Assembly: GCA_964016885.1 (NCBI GenBank)
Contig: OZ024746.1
Coordinates: 3,038,001 to 3,102,000, forward strand
Length of the DNA stretch: 64,000 nt
Direction of reading: 5' to 3'
Source of the DNA: Eledone cirrhosa
Taxonomy: Eukaryota
Shown here: positions 1 through 13,158 of the stretch, piece after piece
Layout of the letters: each line of letters opens with the position of its first letter
How positions within the stretch are numbered: position 1 is the first letter of the stretch
The notes under the pieces: generated by a model
The model's input: the letters and a program-made list of their open reading frames with translations, nothing else
What the model was told of the DNA's origin: nothing
Databases searched by the model: none
Position numbers and translations under genes: made by a program

Positions 1-149
1 GATTTTAGTATATTGCTCAGCACACAATGAGATACTTGTACTCTAAGACCTATAGTAGTTCTTTTTTAAGGTTTTTTGTAACCTTTGTTAAATCCCAGTT
101 AATTTTACCATATTAATTACTGACTAAAATGTACATAAATATACCAAAC

Positions 150-215
150 ATAGATCTAGAAAAATATGATAATCAAATATATATATATTTGATTATCATA
201 TTTTTCTAGATCTAT
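150..215. repeat. Perfect 66-bp palindrome centred on a short (TA)n
   Basis: atagatctagaaaaatatgataatcaaatatat is followed directly by its exact reverse complement. Confidence 0.95.
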
Positions 216-220
216 CTATA

Positions 221-1434
221 TGAGGTTTGTATATTTAAATGTATATTAGCCGTACACGAAATTACAAGTTATTTCCTTCAAAATATGGATCCTTGGTTCC
301 AACGTTTTTTCCCATTGATTGTAACAGTACCAGAACTCATTTTCTGTGAGTGTCCTTAGCTTGTTACAATTTGTTGTATGACTTCCACAGCCTCAAAATG
401 ATGACCCTTCAACTTTGATTTCAACTTCAGGAAGAGGTAGAAATCACATGAAGCTAGATCTGGGCTATAGGGAGGATGTGGATGAGTGGGAATGTTTTTC
501 TTCGTCAGAAATTCTCTAATTGAAAGTGTTGTGTGAGCAGGTGCATTATCATGGGGTAGTACCCAATTTCTTGCAATGTCCTTTCTGACTCGGTGGACCC
601 GTTTTTGAAGTTGTACCAAGACACCTTTGTAGAAGGTGCAATTAACTGTCCTGGAGGTAAACCTCCAACAATAACAGTTTTACTCATGTGTGCTTTCTTT
701 GGACAAGGAGAATTTTTCATGTGCCACCCCATACTTTGCAGTTTTGTCTCTGAATTTTACTCAAACACCCATGATTCATCTCCTGTTATTACTTTACCCA
801 AGAAATTTGGCTCAATTTTGAGTCTTTTTAGCAAATCCTGACAAATTTCCAAATGTCTGCTCCACAGACAAGTGATTAGGCATTAGTATTGCACAAAATG
901 TTCACATGTACAAATGGTCTGTTATAATTCCGTGAACTTCATTTTTTATCCAAGCCCATTTCTTCTGCAATCATCCTCACACCTAATCACTGATCTTTCA
1001 TCATCACCACTCGCACCACTTCCACATTTTGTTCATTTGTTGACAAGATTGGCCCTCCAGAATAAGGTTCATCTTCAACACTTTCTCAGCCTTCTTTGAA
1101 AGTTTTGTGCTAATTAAAAACCTTATTTCTCAATAGAGTGACATCTCTATAAGCTTGTGTTCGAGAATTAAATGTTTCAGTGGCAGATTTGTTAACTTTC
1201 ACAATAAATTAGATCACGTACTGTTGTTCGATATTTTCCTGCGTCTCAAATGTAACAGAAGTTATAAACAGGGCTGTACATAAACAGCAATAACTTCCGA
1301 CTGACACAATCATATTGAAACAAGTATGTACGTGCAGCCAATGTCATAACCAACACAAGTATATACATCAACAAGGTGCTGTATTACTGTCTTACATACG
1401 AAAATCAGTACAATTACTTTTGGGACAAACCTCG
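221..1434 (-). mobile_element. Decayed mariner (Tc1/mariner DD34D) DNA transposon with frameshifted transposase pseudogene
   Basis: Minus-strand ORF 356-619 has HDNAPAH and HPPYSPDLASCDFYLF mariner motifs. VITGDESW (first catalytic D) reads on the minus strand near 765-790. Ends TA|tgaggtttgt and acaaacctcg|TA are inverted (left TIR truncated); length is ~1.2 kb. Confidence 0.9.
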
Positions 1435-1551
1435 TAAATACAGCATAGCCATAAAGTTATCTTCTCTGTTGCCCCCATATCATCCTTTATCAAACAGATG
1501 TATGATCAGACATTTAAGCAATGACTATCCTGTCTTTCCTTCAGTTATATT

Positions 1552-1607
1552 CATCATCATCATCACCGTTTAATGTCTATCTTCCACGCTAGCATGGGTT
1601 AGACGGG
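1552..1607 (-). mobile_element. Short 3'-tail fragment of the RTE LINE/SINE family
   Basis: (CAT)n followed by accgtttaatgtc...cttccacgctagcatgggttagacggg matches the RTE 3' end at 7868-7930. Confidence 0.8.
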
Positions 1608-2299
1608 TATTATACTCTGAATTTAATTATCCATTATGTTCTTGTTTGAGTTTGAAGGAAATTTGACTGCACTCTGTAGCAGTTTTAGTATGAAAGGGAC
1701 TCCTGCATTGGTTCACATATCTACTGTGTAGATTTGTATGTGTATGAGATGCATTGATTGCTGGATGTGAAATAAGATATTTTTTAGAGGTTTCTTCATT
1801 AAATGCTTTTGTGTGTGTGTGAGAGAGATCCTTTGAAGTTTTCATGAAATATTTCTCCGATCAATATGAGTTTTTGGTTAATAACATAATTTTTATCGCA
1901 AAATATTTCTCTTTTCATTATAAATTTTTAAATGTTAAATTATGTTATAAAGATTAAAAATGAAAGTTAATAAATTATAATATATATCACTTCATTTATT
2001 TCTTCCAAAGTATTAAAGATTTTTAGAGTTTTCAATTTAAAAAAAGAAAATTAAAATGGAAATTTCTGCAGAAGATTAAATAGGAATGAAAGAGAAACTG
2101 ATTCATTTCATTTCAAGATATTAACCATTTGATAATCTCAATCTTTGAAAATATTTAATTGCGTTACGCCTTTTAATTTTTTACTTTGCAGATTTCTCCC
2201 TATCAGTACTTCTGTTTGTGACTAAATGTAATATAAAAAAAATTGAGCATCTAATTTGTTTTGAAATCATTTTGATAGTAACCAATTTTACTATATATA

Positions 2300-2722
2300 T
2301 CATCATTTTATGCCTGCTTTCCATGCTGGCATGGGTTGGACAAGTTGTCACAGTCTGAGTTTAGACAAGTCGGAGAGACCTAATCTTGCTCACATATATA
2401 TATGTCATCATCATCATCATTATCATTTTACATCTGCTTTTCCCTGCTTGCAATATATATATATATATTGGTTGTGTAGGTGTCATGAAAAAAAGCATCC
2501 ACTCCACACTGTAAAGTGGTCATGTTGTCAACAACAAAAAGTGCCCAGTGCTCACTGTAAATGTGGTTGGTTTGAAGAAAGGCATCCAGCCTTAGAAACC
2601 AAGCCAAAATCAGTTTCTGTGTGAGCAAAACAGTCCTCCGACATGCATCTCTCACATCTGGACAACTTGTGTAACCTATGCTAGTGTGGGAAAATGGACA
2701 TTAAGCAGTGCTGATGATGATG
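2300..2722. mobile_element. Cluster of degraded RTE-tail/SINE fragments in both orientations
   Basis: Contains the motifs catgggttggac, cactgtaaatgtggttgg, ggcatccagc and aaaatggacattaa...gatgatgat shared with RTE 3' UTR copies elsewhere in the window. Confidence 0.65.
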
Positions 2723-5700
2723 TGCGTGTGTGTGCATGTGCTATTAAAATCAGATTGTGATGCATTGTTTAAATCCCTTATAAACAATTCATCAGTTTCA
2801 TGAATGTAGATGATACATTAAAAATGATAAAGTATGGGTCGGAATGTAGCTATAGAGGAACTGCTTTAAAAGAATGTCTCATCTAACCCATAGAAAATCA
2901 GATGTAAAAAATTGATGGTTGTGTGTGATTACGAACTATCTCATCAAATATTAATCTAACAAACAATATTGATTTGTTTTATCTAGGCAGGAGGTAAATT
3001 TTGTTCGTAATTTTTGAGGGTATTTGGAATTAGAATTGACTCCAGCTAATTATTGTTAATGATTCTCTCCCTAAAGGGATGAAAAGGCACAGATTTGATG
3101 AGATTTGAGCTTAACACTAACTTAAACTGACTAGCTAAACTGTCGCTACTCTAAAAATATATTAAAACGGAAATGGCATCTGCTACAAAGATCTCTATAA
3201 TTTCTGTATTGTCATTGTATAGACCAAGTTGAATTGTTATTGTTATCATTACATGGGCCCCTATAATTATTTCTTTGAGATGGGGTAATTATAGGGGAGC
3301 TAAAACTAATGGACTGGATAATGATAGGGGTTGGGAGCAAAATGTCATAGCAGCAGGTTTTGTCCTAGGTTACAGGGACAAATGATGCAGCACTCTTGGT
3401 GAAGAAATTCATTGTCATATCCAATACAATCAACACCTAGCTAGGGTGATCGTATGGGATATTGATAGGTTGTGCTGTTTGAAGCTTATTTTGAGCAAGA
3501 TATTTTGCCAATGGTTCCTGAACCGTCTGTTATTATAAGTATTCTGCCTAATAAATTAGATGTCAGTAGATTATGTGGTTGAGAAGGATGCTATAGAATG
3601 TTAATTTAGTGATTATTACCAGCACAATGTTTTTATCTACTGGGTTCAGTAGCTGCCTCTCCATGATACCTATTTACAACTTGATTAACTTGACCATGAG
3701 TGAAAATAAAATATTTGTGTGGGGGGAGGGGCAGCAGTGTAGATCGGATACTGTTTGTGAATCCTTTGGCTGGTTGAGCATTAGTTCCAGATGGAAAAAA
3801 AAACTAGTAATAAATGGAGTCTTTACCTTACTTTAGTTGACATAAAGTAGTCACTCAATGATATATATTTATAGTTGCATGTAAAGAGTGGAAAGTAGAC
3901 TAATGGTGTTTAGAATGAGCTAAAGCATCAATTGCTGTTTTGGGAGTAAAAATATAAACAGTATAGATGAGAAAATGGCTGGTTTGTTTTGGTGGGAAAT
4001 TCTTGTGCGCTGGCGATTAACATTAAGGATAATGAGACAATTGCCAGAGATATGAATATCTTCCTAAAATGATTGTATATTTTAGTTGAAAATATTTCAT
4101 GATCATTATTTGGGGAATTTTATCAACTTTTCAAATTCACAATTTTAATATATTTCTGTCCATGAAAATGTCGAATGTGTGTTTTTTTTATAAAATTAAA
4201 CATCAGTTCCGCTTTATAAAGAGGGAAATGGTTATATATATATAATTGACATCAAACAATATATATGTTGATTTCAATCAATATTCTCTTTATGTAAGGT
4301 ATAAAGTTGTTTCTTTGATCATTTTAAGGAATGGGTCAAAGATATTTAATAGAAAGCAGAATTTAATATGAATGTTTGAAGTCAACATTTTGCTTCAAGG
4401 TTCTTTTATTAAAACTGTGCCCTGAAGGTAACATAACTAGCTTTACCTCAAGGCAAGTTATCTTTAAGTGTTTAATGAGTTGTTTTCAGATTGAGTTTGG
4501 TATCTTTTTCAAAGATTTCTGTCAATTTTCTATTGATTATTCTTCTTGGAAAATATATAAATTTAAAATAAAAATTCTTCAGTAACCCTTCTTTTAGTAT
4601 GTTAAAGGTCAAATCTCCGAAACTAATGGCAAGGCTTTAATGATTTATGTTCTCATTATACTCTATGTTGACTTGAGTTTATTTTTTTTAGATTTGGAAA
4701 CAGTTTGTAGGTAGTATTAATCTTTGGAACATCTGAATACTCAGATATGTTGTGAGGAAAACATACATTTTATCCAATAACCCCTTTTTTAAAGACAGTA
4801 GGAAGTAATTTGGCTGCCATTTCTAGCTGTTCAAGTGATTATTATAAGATGTGACTGGATTTCTAATTGAAGTAAACTTTATTTTAATTAATTAATGAAG
4901 AATTTCAACTGATACACTAAAATTAATTATTTCATTACTAAGATTGTAATTTAAGATATGCTAGATTCTAATTGAAATAGGGACCCTTTAAAATGGATGG
5001 TTTTGTTTCATAGAGCCAGAACCAATCTGGGGCTGAGTTGGTATCTAAAGAGTTAACTTGACTGTTCTATAATGTTTCATGAAGCAGAAACCTAGCTTTT
5101 TGGATTTCATCTTGTCCCTGACTGAACCAGCATCATTTATCACCAGCATGCAAATACCTTGTCATTCTGCAAGTAATATCCTCTCTAATCACATGTTCAG
5201 ACCAATCTAGTTGGCAGTGTTATCCAGTCATTAATTCTGTAATCTCTAATTTACTGAAACCAAATTTACCTAGCATGGTGCACCATCTGATTGTTTTCTA
5301 ATAGGCTAATTTGTATTGCATTAAGAAGCCATTCTAGTGGTTTGGAGGTGTAGTGGGTGTCTCCTACTATGTCTTCTATCAAGGCATCTAGTGATTTTCT
5401 GTCATATGTCATCTTCTGATGTGCCATTTACTTTCTTTCTACATTCATTTACTGTTCTCTGTGCTGAAATCGGATCTTTTTATACTTAGTGTCACTGTGT
5501 GTTTGTGTGTCTATTAATAGAGCATTGTAAATTCGATAATATGGCTCCCTGTGTTCATTTGAATTGAGTTCCTCTCTTCACTTTCTCTCTTTCAATTTCT
5601 CCCTTTCTTTCAATCCTCTTCTTTCTTTCTTATAACCACCATTCTCTCCTCAAAATCCTCTTCTTTCTCTTTTGCAATTCCTTCCACACACACACACACA

Positions 5701-7867
5701 CTCTTTCTTAACCCCTTCTTTATCTTCACTTTATTTCTCTCCTACACCTCTCCTCCCCATATCTTCAACACCCCTCTTCTTTCTCTTTCACGTATTCCTC
5801 TTCTAACTCACAATCTTCTCTCTCAATCAATCAACCCCTCTAACTATATATCATAGTCTCTCTCTCTCCTGTTTTCAAATTATTGATATAGGAATTTCAA
5901 TGAAATTATAATGTGTTGCCTTCAAGGAGACTAAAGTACACACCTATTTATTACAGTGTTGATTTTTGAGATATCCAATTTCTTCCTCCTATTTCTTGTA
6001 CTGGTTTTCCACTGTACCAATCATATATCATCACATCTGCTTTTTTATGCTTGCATGGGTTGGATGTATCTTCTAAAGCACAGCTTTCTTCCACCGTATT
6101 GTGATCTTTGGTCATCTCCTCAGTAATGTTCAGCAGTCAGAGATGAGCTCTCACTATATCTGCCCAGGTTTTCCTCAACTTTCTTCTTCTGCAGCTTCCT
6201 TCTACTCCTTCCATTTGGAATAGTCTAAACTGTACTTTCCATAGTTTTGGCATTATTTTGCTGGCTCTTGCTCTTCTTCTTACCAACTGCTTGTAGCATG
6301 AGCTAGGTGCATTTTATTGTGTCACCAGCAAAAGAAAAGTTGTCTTCTGTCAGGACTTAAGTTCCCTCTAGACTGTATCAGATTTTATCCAGAGTTACTG
6401 TTCTCCTGGACAAGTTGCTTTTACTATATCTCTTCTGCACAATTATTCATTCAGATTTACTGCTCTTCTAGATGGGTTACCTTCACATCGGCAATACTTT
6501 AGTTGGTTCTTCTTGCTTGCATTCTGTTGATATTCTAATATACATTACTTTCTAAACAAGAAACAACTCAGAACTTCATTTTGACTTTTATGTCCTAATT
6601 CTAAATTAGATCTTGATAGAAATTAATGTTATACAGAATGTAACACAAGCAAATCTAAACACAATCTTTGGGGATACAACAGTGCTGACAATAAATAAAT
6701 ATCAATATTAATAACATTTGCTCTTAACATTTTGAAATCCAGAAGTACCATCATATTTAATAGCTACTGTATATTGCTTAACTGTAACAATGATTATCAT
6801 TGATTTCATGGAGGAAGTAGAAATTATATAAAGAAATACATTGTTATTGTCAAGTTTTGAGTGTCACTGGCCAATCTGTGTAGTTCCTTCTTTTTGTATT
6901 GCATAATTATTTGACATGGAATGCTTGTAGTATCCACAATATTCTGTTTGCAGGAGAACTATTGTCTTCTCGGTTTGTACAGATCACGTAGCTTTAATCT
7001 GTTAACCACATATTCTAATCCTGTCTTTATATTCCATATTGTGCCTGGCTTATTATATGTTTTTATGTTGTTATTCAATCCCCACTGAAATATTTAATAT
7101 TATTTAATATTTATCTTCATTCTTTATTTTATTCCGTTTATTCCCAAATCTTTTCACAATAAAGTAACTTTGCTCTTTATTTGTTTTATTTAAATATTTT
7201 AGGTTATTTTGATTCAACATATCCATATTAGTTGTGCAAACTCACCATATTTTACAAGGTAAAACAGAATCTGAAGAAACTATTCACATTTAGACTTGAC
7301 ATTAATTCTTCTTTTTTTCTCTATGTAAATTGTCAGTATGTTAGATATTTTTTTTATTGTTTACTTAAGAGGAAAGGTCGTGCCCATGATTTTTTTTCAG
7401 GGCGTTCCTGACTGGTGGGGAGGGAAGAGAAAGATATTTTCAGTTGTATCTGTAATTGTCACAGTTATGCTGAATCTTCCTGAGAACAACATTATGACTA
7501 CACATGTCTATTAACTTGGATGTTAATTTCCTGAGCACACTGTTCCGTTGATCAACTGGTACAGTTTTTGTCAGAGCCTACAGAGTGTCTTAGGGAGGTT
7601 GTTATAGAGTTGTGGTAGAGGGCAGAGTACAAAAAGGTTCATTGTCACCCCTCATTGCTCAGGTGGCATGGTACCATGAATATGATATACAAAGACAGAA
7701 TCGCAACTGAAATACCTTTCGATCATAAGTCTGCTAGATGAGAGTTGACTCGGGGTGACCCAGGGCTAAACAACAAAAAACCTATCACTACGACCACAGT
7801 TACAATAACAATCACCACAGAAACACTTCAATTACTAAATAGACAGAAAAACAACTGGCAACCATAT

Positions 7868-8467
7868 TCATCATCATCATCATCACCGTTTTACGTCCGT
7901 TCTTCCACGCTAGCATGGGTTAGACGGGTTGTCCTGTTGTGTGCAGTGTCTGGTCGGCTGACCATGCCTTGCTCATACAGGAACTGATCTGGCTTGATTT
8001 CTACAGCTGGATGCCCTTCCTAACACCAACCTCATTTACAGTGAGTGCTGGGTGCTTTTTCGTGGCGCCTACACGTCCACTTTACAGTGTGGGCTGGGTG
8101 CTTTTTTGCCGTGGCACCTCCACGACCACCTTGCGGTGGGGGGTGTGGGGGCATATTGTTTATATGCTTCAGCATGTACCCATGGGAGGTCGGGTACTCT
8201 GTATTACTGCGTGACGCCAGAAGTCACGGTCGTGTGTCATTGTCTTTGAGAGGTGTAATTGGGTAAGGTCGGCTTTTATCACCTCATCCCAGGTCATCTT
8301 GGGTCTCCCCACTCCGCGGTTTCCATCAACTACTAGTGCTCTGTACCTTTTTATGCAGCTGTCATCCTTCATACGCATCACATGTCCATACCAGCGCAAC
8401 CGCCTCTCCTGCACACAGCATTTGATTCCTCTTATGCTCAGTCTCTCTCTCAATTCATTTATGCTTT
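7868..8467 (-). mobile_element. 5'-truncated RTE-clade LINE (ORF C-terminus, 3' UTR and (ATG)n tail)
   Basis: ORF 8169-8501 contains [12 protein letters not shown]...[11 protein letters not shown], typical of RTE ORF ends. Near-identical to the copies at 19420 and 39962. Confidence 0.92.
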
Positions 8468-9544
8468 TACACAATAGTTTCTGGAATACATTGTTACACA
8501 TTTCGAATGTATTTGGATTCTATTGATTATTTAACAATTACTTGAATCAATCAAGAATTGTTATCTGTTAAATGGCTTGTGAAGAAAGATCCTTCCAACT
8601 TTCATATCTCTAGGGAATAATTCCACCTCTAGCAACAATTTACTGTTCATAATTCTTTGCTGTGTTTAATTGTATGTGTATGTGTGTGTGTGTAAAAATG
8701 GCTGACTGAATGTGCATGTGTGTGTATTTTTTTTCTATTTATCTTCTATTTCTTACTATCTTCTGATGGACTAGTGTCCAAAACATTACGACTCTTTTTC
8801 TGCCTTTTCAACCATTAAACTAATATATTTCTTCAATGTACTGTATCGGTTGCATTGTTTACTTTTTACACGCACAAGCATGAAATTAGATGTAATGATG
8901 GTGATAGGTGTATTTTATCATGGCACCACTACTGTGTGAAGTAGTCAGTCTTAGGAAGGGCATCCAGCCATAAAAATCACGCCAGAATGGAACATATGAG
9001 CAGGATGCAGTCCTCTGAGCCCTGAATAAGTATTCCAGCCATATCCATTCTATCTTTATTTCAGACACTGTATATATAGGATTATCCAATGTGACTGTAT
9101 TTCTTATGAAATACACCTTATTTCAATTAATCAACGAACAATTTTGATGTTTTTACTGAAATTGTTTTCATTACTAAGAGGGCAATTTAACTTATGGTTC
9201 TTACAATTTCATTGTTGGAATATTTTAATTTAAATAGGAACCGTTTAAAATGGATGGTTTTGTTTGATAGTACCAGAACTAATTTTAGTTGGGTGAGATA
9301 GTATGCTGCAGAGGGAGATTTAGCCTCTATTTTTAGCTGGACATGGTGAACAGTTATTTTCTTCATGTTCTCAACTGTTAAATCAACAGTAGTTTCTATT
9401 TTGTTAAAAATTTATTACTCCTAATCCTCTTATCTTTAATGAATTTATCTAAACTGACAGCTTTATAGAGTCAGGATCAGCATCTTCAGTTTAAGATTAA
9501 GATATTTATATAAAAGGGTATTTTTGTTTATATATATATATGTG

Positions 9545-9670
9545 TGGTTGACGGCTGAGAGAAAGTAGTACTCAATACTGAAGTAGAGTTTTAATATTCA
9601 TATTATTAGGGCTAAATAGTGAGTTTTGTTACTCTGGAGTTTTGCTTGTTTATCACGGTCATCAGAACTA
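9545..9670 (-). mobile_element. Penelope-like/retrozyme remnant with decayed hammerhead motif, between (TA)n tracts
   Basis: Minus strand reads gtt CTGATGA ccgtgataaacaagc aAAAC tccaga GTA ac, then ctctacttcagtattgagtac. Stem II and the GAAA are mutated. Confidence 0.55.
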
Positions 9671-10881
9671 ATATATATATATATAAGTTCATGTCATTAG
9701 GTTTTTAGTGTTTTTAATTATACATTCTCATTTGAAAATATTAATTAGCAACTTCACTGAATTTTCTTTCTTCATCTTTTTAAAAATACTTTTCTCTTAA
9801 TTAATTGCTTGTCAACATAAATATATATATTTTGAAACTTCTCTAGAGTAAGACTTAATTTTTTTAATTTAAATGGTATTTCTTATGTTTCGGATTCTCC
9901 CAATTCTGGAAGAGAAAAGCTATATGTTTGTATGGTTTGTAGTTTAATATTTTATTTAGCAGAAGTTAGGATTATATTAAGATCTTTTAAACCTGTGGAG
10001 GGACAGGCTCTGCCAGGCTAAAATGACCAAGAAACGCCACTATGGCCCCACAACTCCATCAGGAGTTATGGGGCCATACCATATTTTATCAATTATGTCC
10101 AGTTTCTCCAAACTCATCCTTTGTTGCTTGTTTTTTTTATTTATTTATTCAAATAATTTTGAAAATAAAGATTTTGAGTGATTTAGTAACTTATTATTGC
10201 TCTAGTGATTGGAACATAACTTAAAGGTTCTTACATTAAACTATGGTGGAAGGTTTTTAGGCATAAGAAAGGGCACCCAGCCAGAAATCTAGGGTAGTAT
10301 AAAAAAAGCAAAATTATTTTTAAAAGGACCAGTAATTGTGTTTGGTGGCCCTCTGAGCTTCATATATTTACTATTATAGATAGACTACAACAAAAGAAAT
10401 AATGGTTTTAGAGTGATTTATCAGCATATATTTAACCATTTTGTTAACTTATTTCTAATAATAGATATGATCACTGTTTCACATGTTCCATGCTAGCATA
10501 GATTAGACAGATTGTCATGTTTTTTGACAGATTAGGTAAGTACGTCTTGCTCATATCTTCCATTCTTGGCTGGATACCTTTCCTAATACCAATCACTTTA
10601 CAGTGTGTACTGGAAACATTTTCTTGAGGAGCCTTAAAGACTGGACTGAATGCTTATTATTATGGCACCAGCACTACTACTTTCCAGGGGGTGGGGTTGG
10701 GTCTATATACTAAAAAGTTGGAGGGATTTAGTAATATAACTAATTTTATCATTATTGATCTGGTGTTGGGAACATAACTTAAACAAAGGTTCTAATGTAA
10801 AATATTTAAAAATAAACAGCTATATATAATAGAACCAGTGGCAATTTCAGGCAGTATGGTATCAAATGGGTTCAGGGTATT

Positions 10882-11571
10882 TACTGTATATACTTGAATA
10901 TAAGCCGACACCCTATTTTATGTCTGAGAAATAGGCAAAAATTCAAACCCCATTTATAAACTGAGGCAGTTAATTAGCACGTTCTGGTGTGGTTTTAAAA
11001 TTCTCATGAGTACAAAATATATTTATCAAGTTTTAATATTTTGGTGTTTAAAATGTTTTAAGTGTCGTTTAAGAATATAGTTTTGTTTCACAACTCCATT
11101 ATGTAATGATTTTCCTTTAAGTTTCAACCAGTTTACTTCTGGTCACTCATTGCTGGGAGTAGTTTGAAAGTAAGAGATCGAATAAGAAAGGTGGGGTGGC
11201 TGTTGTATCGGGTAATGCCTTTGCCATTTTGTCTGCGGCTGAGGCACCGTTGGGACTGGGGCGCAACGGCTATCTCTCTTCTCCCTTTCTTTCATTGCTT
11301 GATTCCTTTTTCTCTTTTGTCCCCTTTAATACTATTTTATTTTTGAATAAACAGCTTTGTCAAATAAAATGAAACGTCGGTGATTGTCAAACAATAAAAA
11401 ACAACTTTGTATAGGGATTCATAGGAGAGAGAGAGAGCAAGGATATTTTAGTCCCTTATTTATGTAAAATATTGGCATTGAATACAAGTGGACCCCATTT
11501 TACCATGAAATTTTTTTTTTCATTTTTGTTTTGTCACATATTTCTTGGCTGATTTTCAAGTCTATACAATA
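10882..11571. mobile_element. Non-autonomous Tigger/pogo-like DNA element
   Basis: Left end TA-ctgtatatacttgaatataagccga and degenerate inverted right end ttggctgattttcaagtctatacaa-TA. A related partial copy lies at ~53440-53545. Confidence 0.6.
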
Positions 11572-12794
11572 AAAAAAAAAATCACTTTATGAAATTTAAT
11601 TCATAAATCCTTTCTCAAACAGAAAAAAATCCTTATTTTATAATTTATTTAGTAAACAGAAAACAAAGAAGCTATCAGTCTAATATTAGGTAGCTTCATG
11701 TATTGTTTTATTTTCTTTCATGTAATTTATTCCTTTTGATATTTTCCAGAATATATTTCATTATATAAAAACAATGATGATAGCAATGTATAAAACTATA
11801 AAAAAGATCAACTCGTGTGTGACTTGTAACATAAGCTTGTGTATTAATTAGATCAATAAATGGTTCATAGAATACTTGGCTTTAGGGGAAGAACATGTAT
11901 TGGCAAATGATTTTTTTTTTTCTACTTAGAATGATTTTGTATAATTTCTTTTCTGTTTAATTCTGAGCGACAAGAGATGTAGAAGCCAATTTTCTTTTGT
12001 TTTCTACGTATTTTATTTCACTAATAAGTGTTACTAGAGTATTTTTCTTTACACATTTGTCCTGTTTTTTATTACTGTATTATGGTTTCTTTTTATTCTT
12101 TCCTCTCTTCCTGCTAGGTCTTCCATACACGCTAGTTTTACTTCCACGTTTTATTCGTTCTATTTAAATGTTGCAATTCAACACGGTGCAATCTTAATAT
12201 GTAATTTCATACCTAACCTACTTCTACACCTCATTTATTTATTTATTTATTTATCATCCTTATCATTATCATCATCTTTATTATTAATATTATTATTATT
12301 CAGGGTTTGCATAGTGCAATCTTAAAACATCCAACTTTGTTGGATTTTATTAATTCATCTTCAGTTTGTAATTTACTGATAGATTTATGCCCACATGTTA
12401 GCTTGCAGGCTTTTTTTTTTCTCCTTAACAGAACATGTCAGAACTTCAACAGATATGTTTAATTGGATATTTGCTATTAAATTTGTGAATGTGTGAGTGT
12501 GTTGAATGATATGTGAACTTTTGTCAGGTTCGTAAAATAAGCATGTAGGAACATCCTTATTATTGATTTTATTTGTAACTATTCATAATAAGGCATATAT
12601 TAAGGTATTTCACTTATGGATGCACACATATATATACACACACACACGCATACTCATATATACACACACATACACATATACTAACACAATACTATTTTAT
12701 GACGTTTCCTTTCATAAATTAACCCTCTTTTTTTTTTTAGAAGTGAAGACTAATAATTTTCAATAAAGGCTGTCATGTAATGGATAGATATCTC

Positions 12795-13158
12795 TTAACC
12801 CTTTGGTTTCTAACCCAGCCAACACTAGCTCTGGTTCTATGAAATAAAACCATCTATTTTAACCCTTTAGTTACTAACCCAGCCAAAACTAGCTCTGGTT
12901 CTATGAAATAAAACCACCTATTTTAACCCTTTAGTTACTAACCCAGCCAAAACTAGCTCTGGTTCTATGAAATAAAACCACCTATTTTAAAGGTTTCCAA
13001 TTTTAACCAAAATCTTCCAACATAATTTTATATTATAACCTTACATTGTTATTACCTTAGTAATGAAATAATTAATAATTTGAGTAAATCCCTCAAAATT
13101 CTTCATCAATGAATTAAAATAGTGTATTTCATTAGAAATGCAGTCCTGAAAGGGTTAA
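12795..13158 (+). mobile_element. piggyBac-like MITE family B with three tandem 64-bp left-end units
   Basis: TTAA|ccctt ... aaggg|TTAA termini. The ccc unit starts at 12799, 12863 and 12927. Confidence 0.85.

Noticed and set aside
2987-2993. Possible 7-nt micro-exon (ttttatctAG GCAGGAG GTAAAT)
   Set aside because: Too short to distinguish from chance without transcript data.
3340-4040. Slightly GC-richer stretch that may be an ancient LINE relic
   Set aside because: No recognisable motif could be read in any frame.
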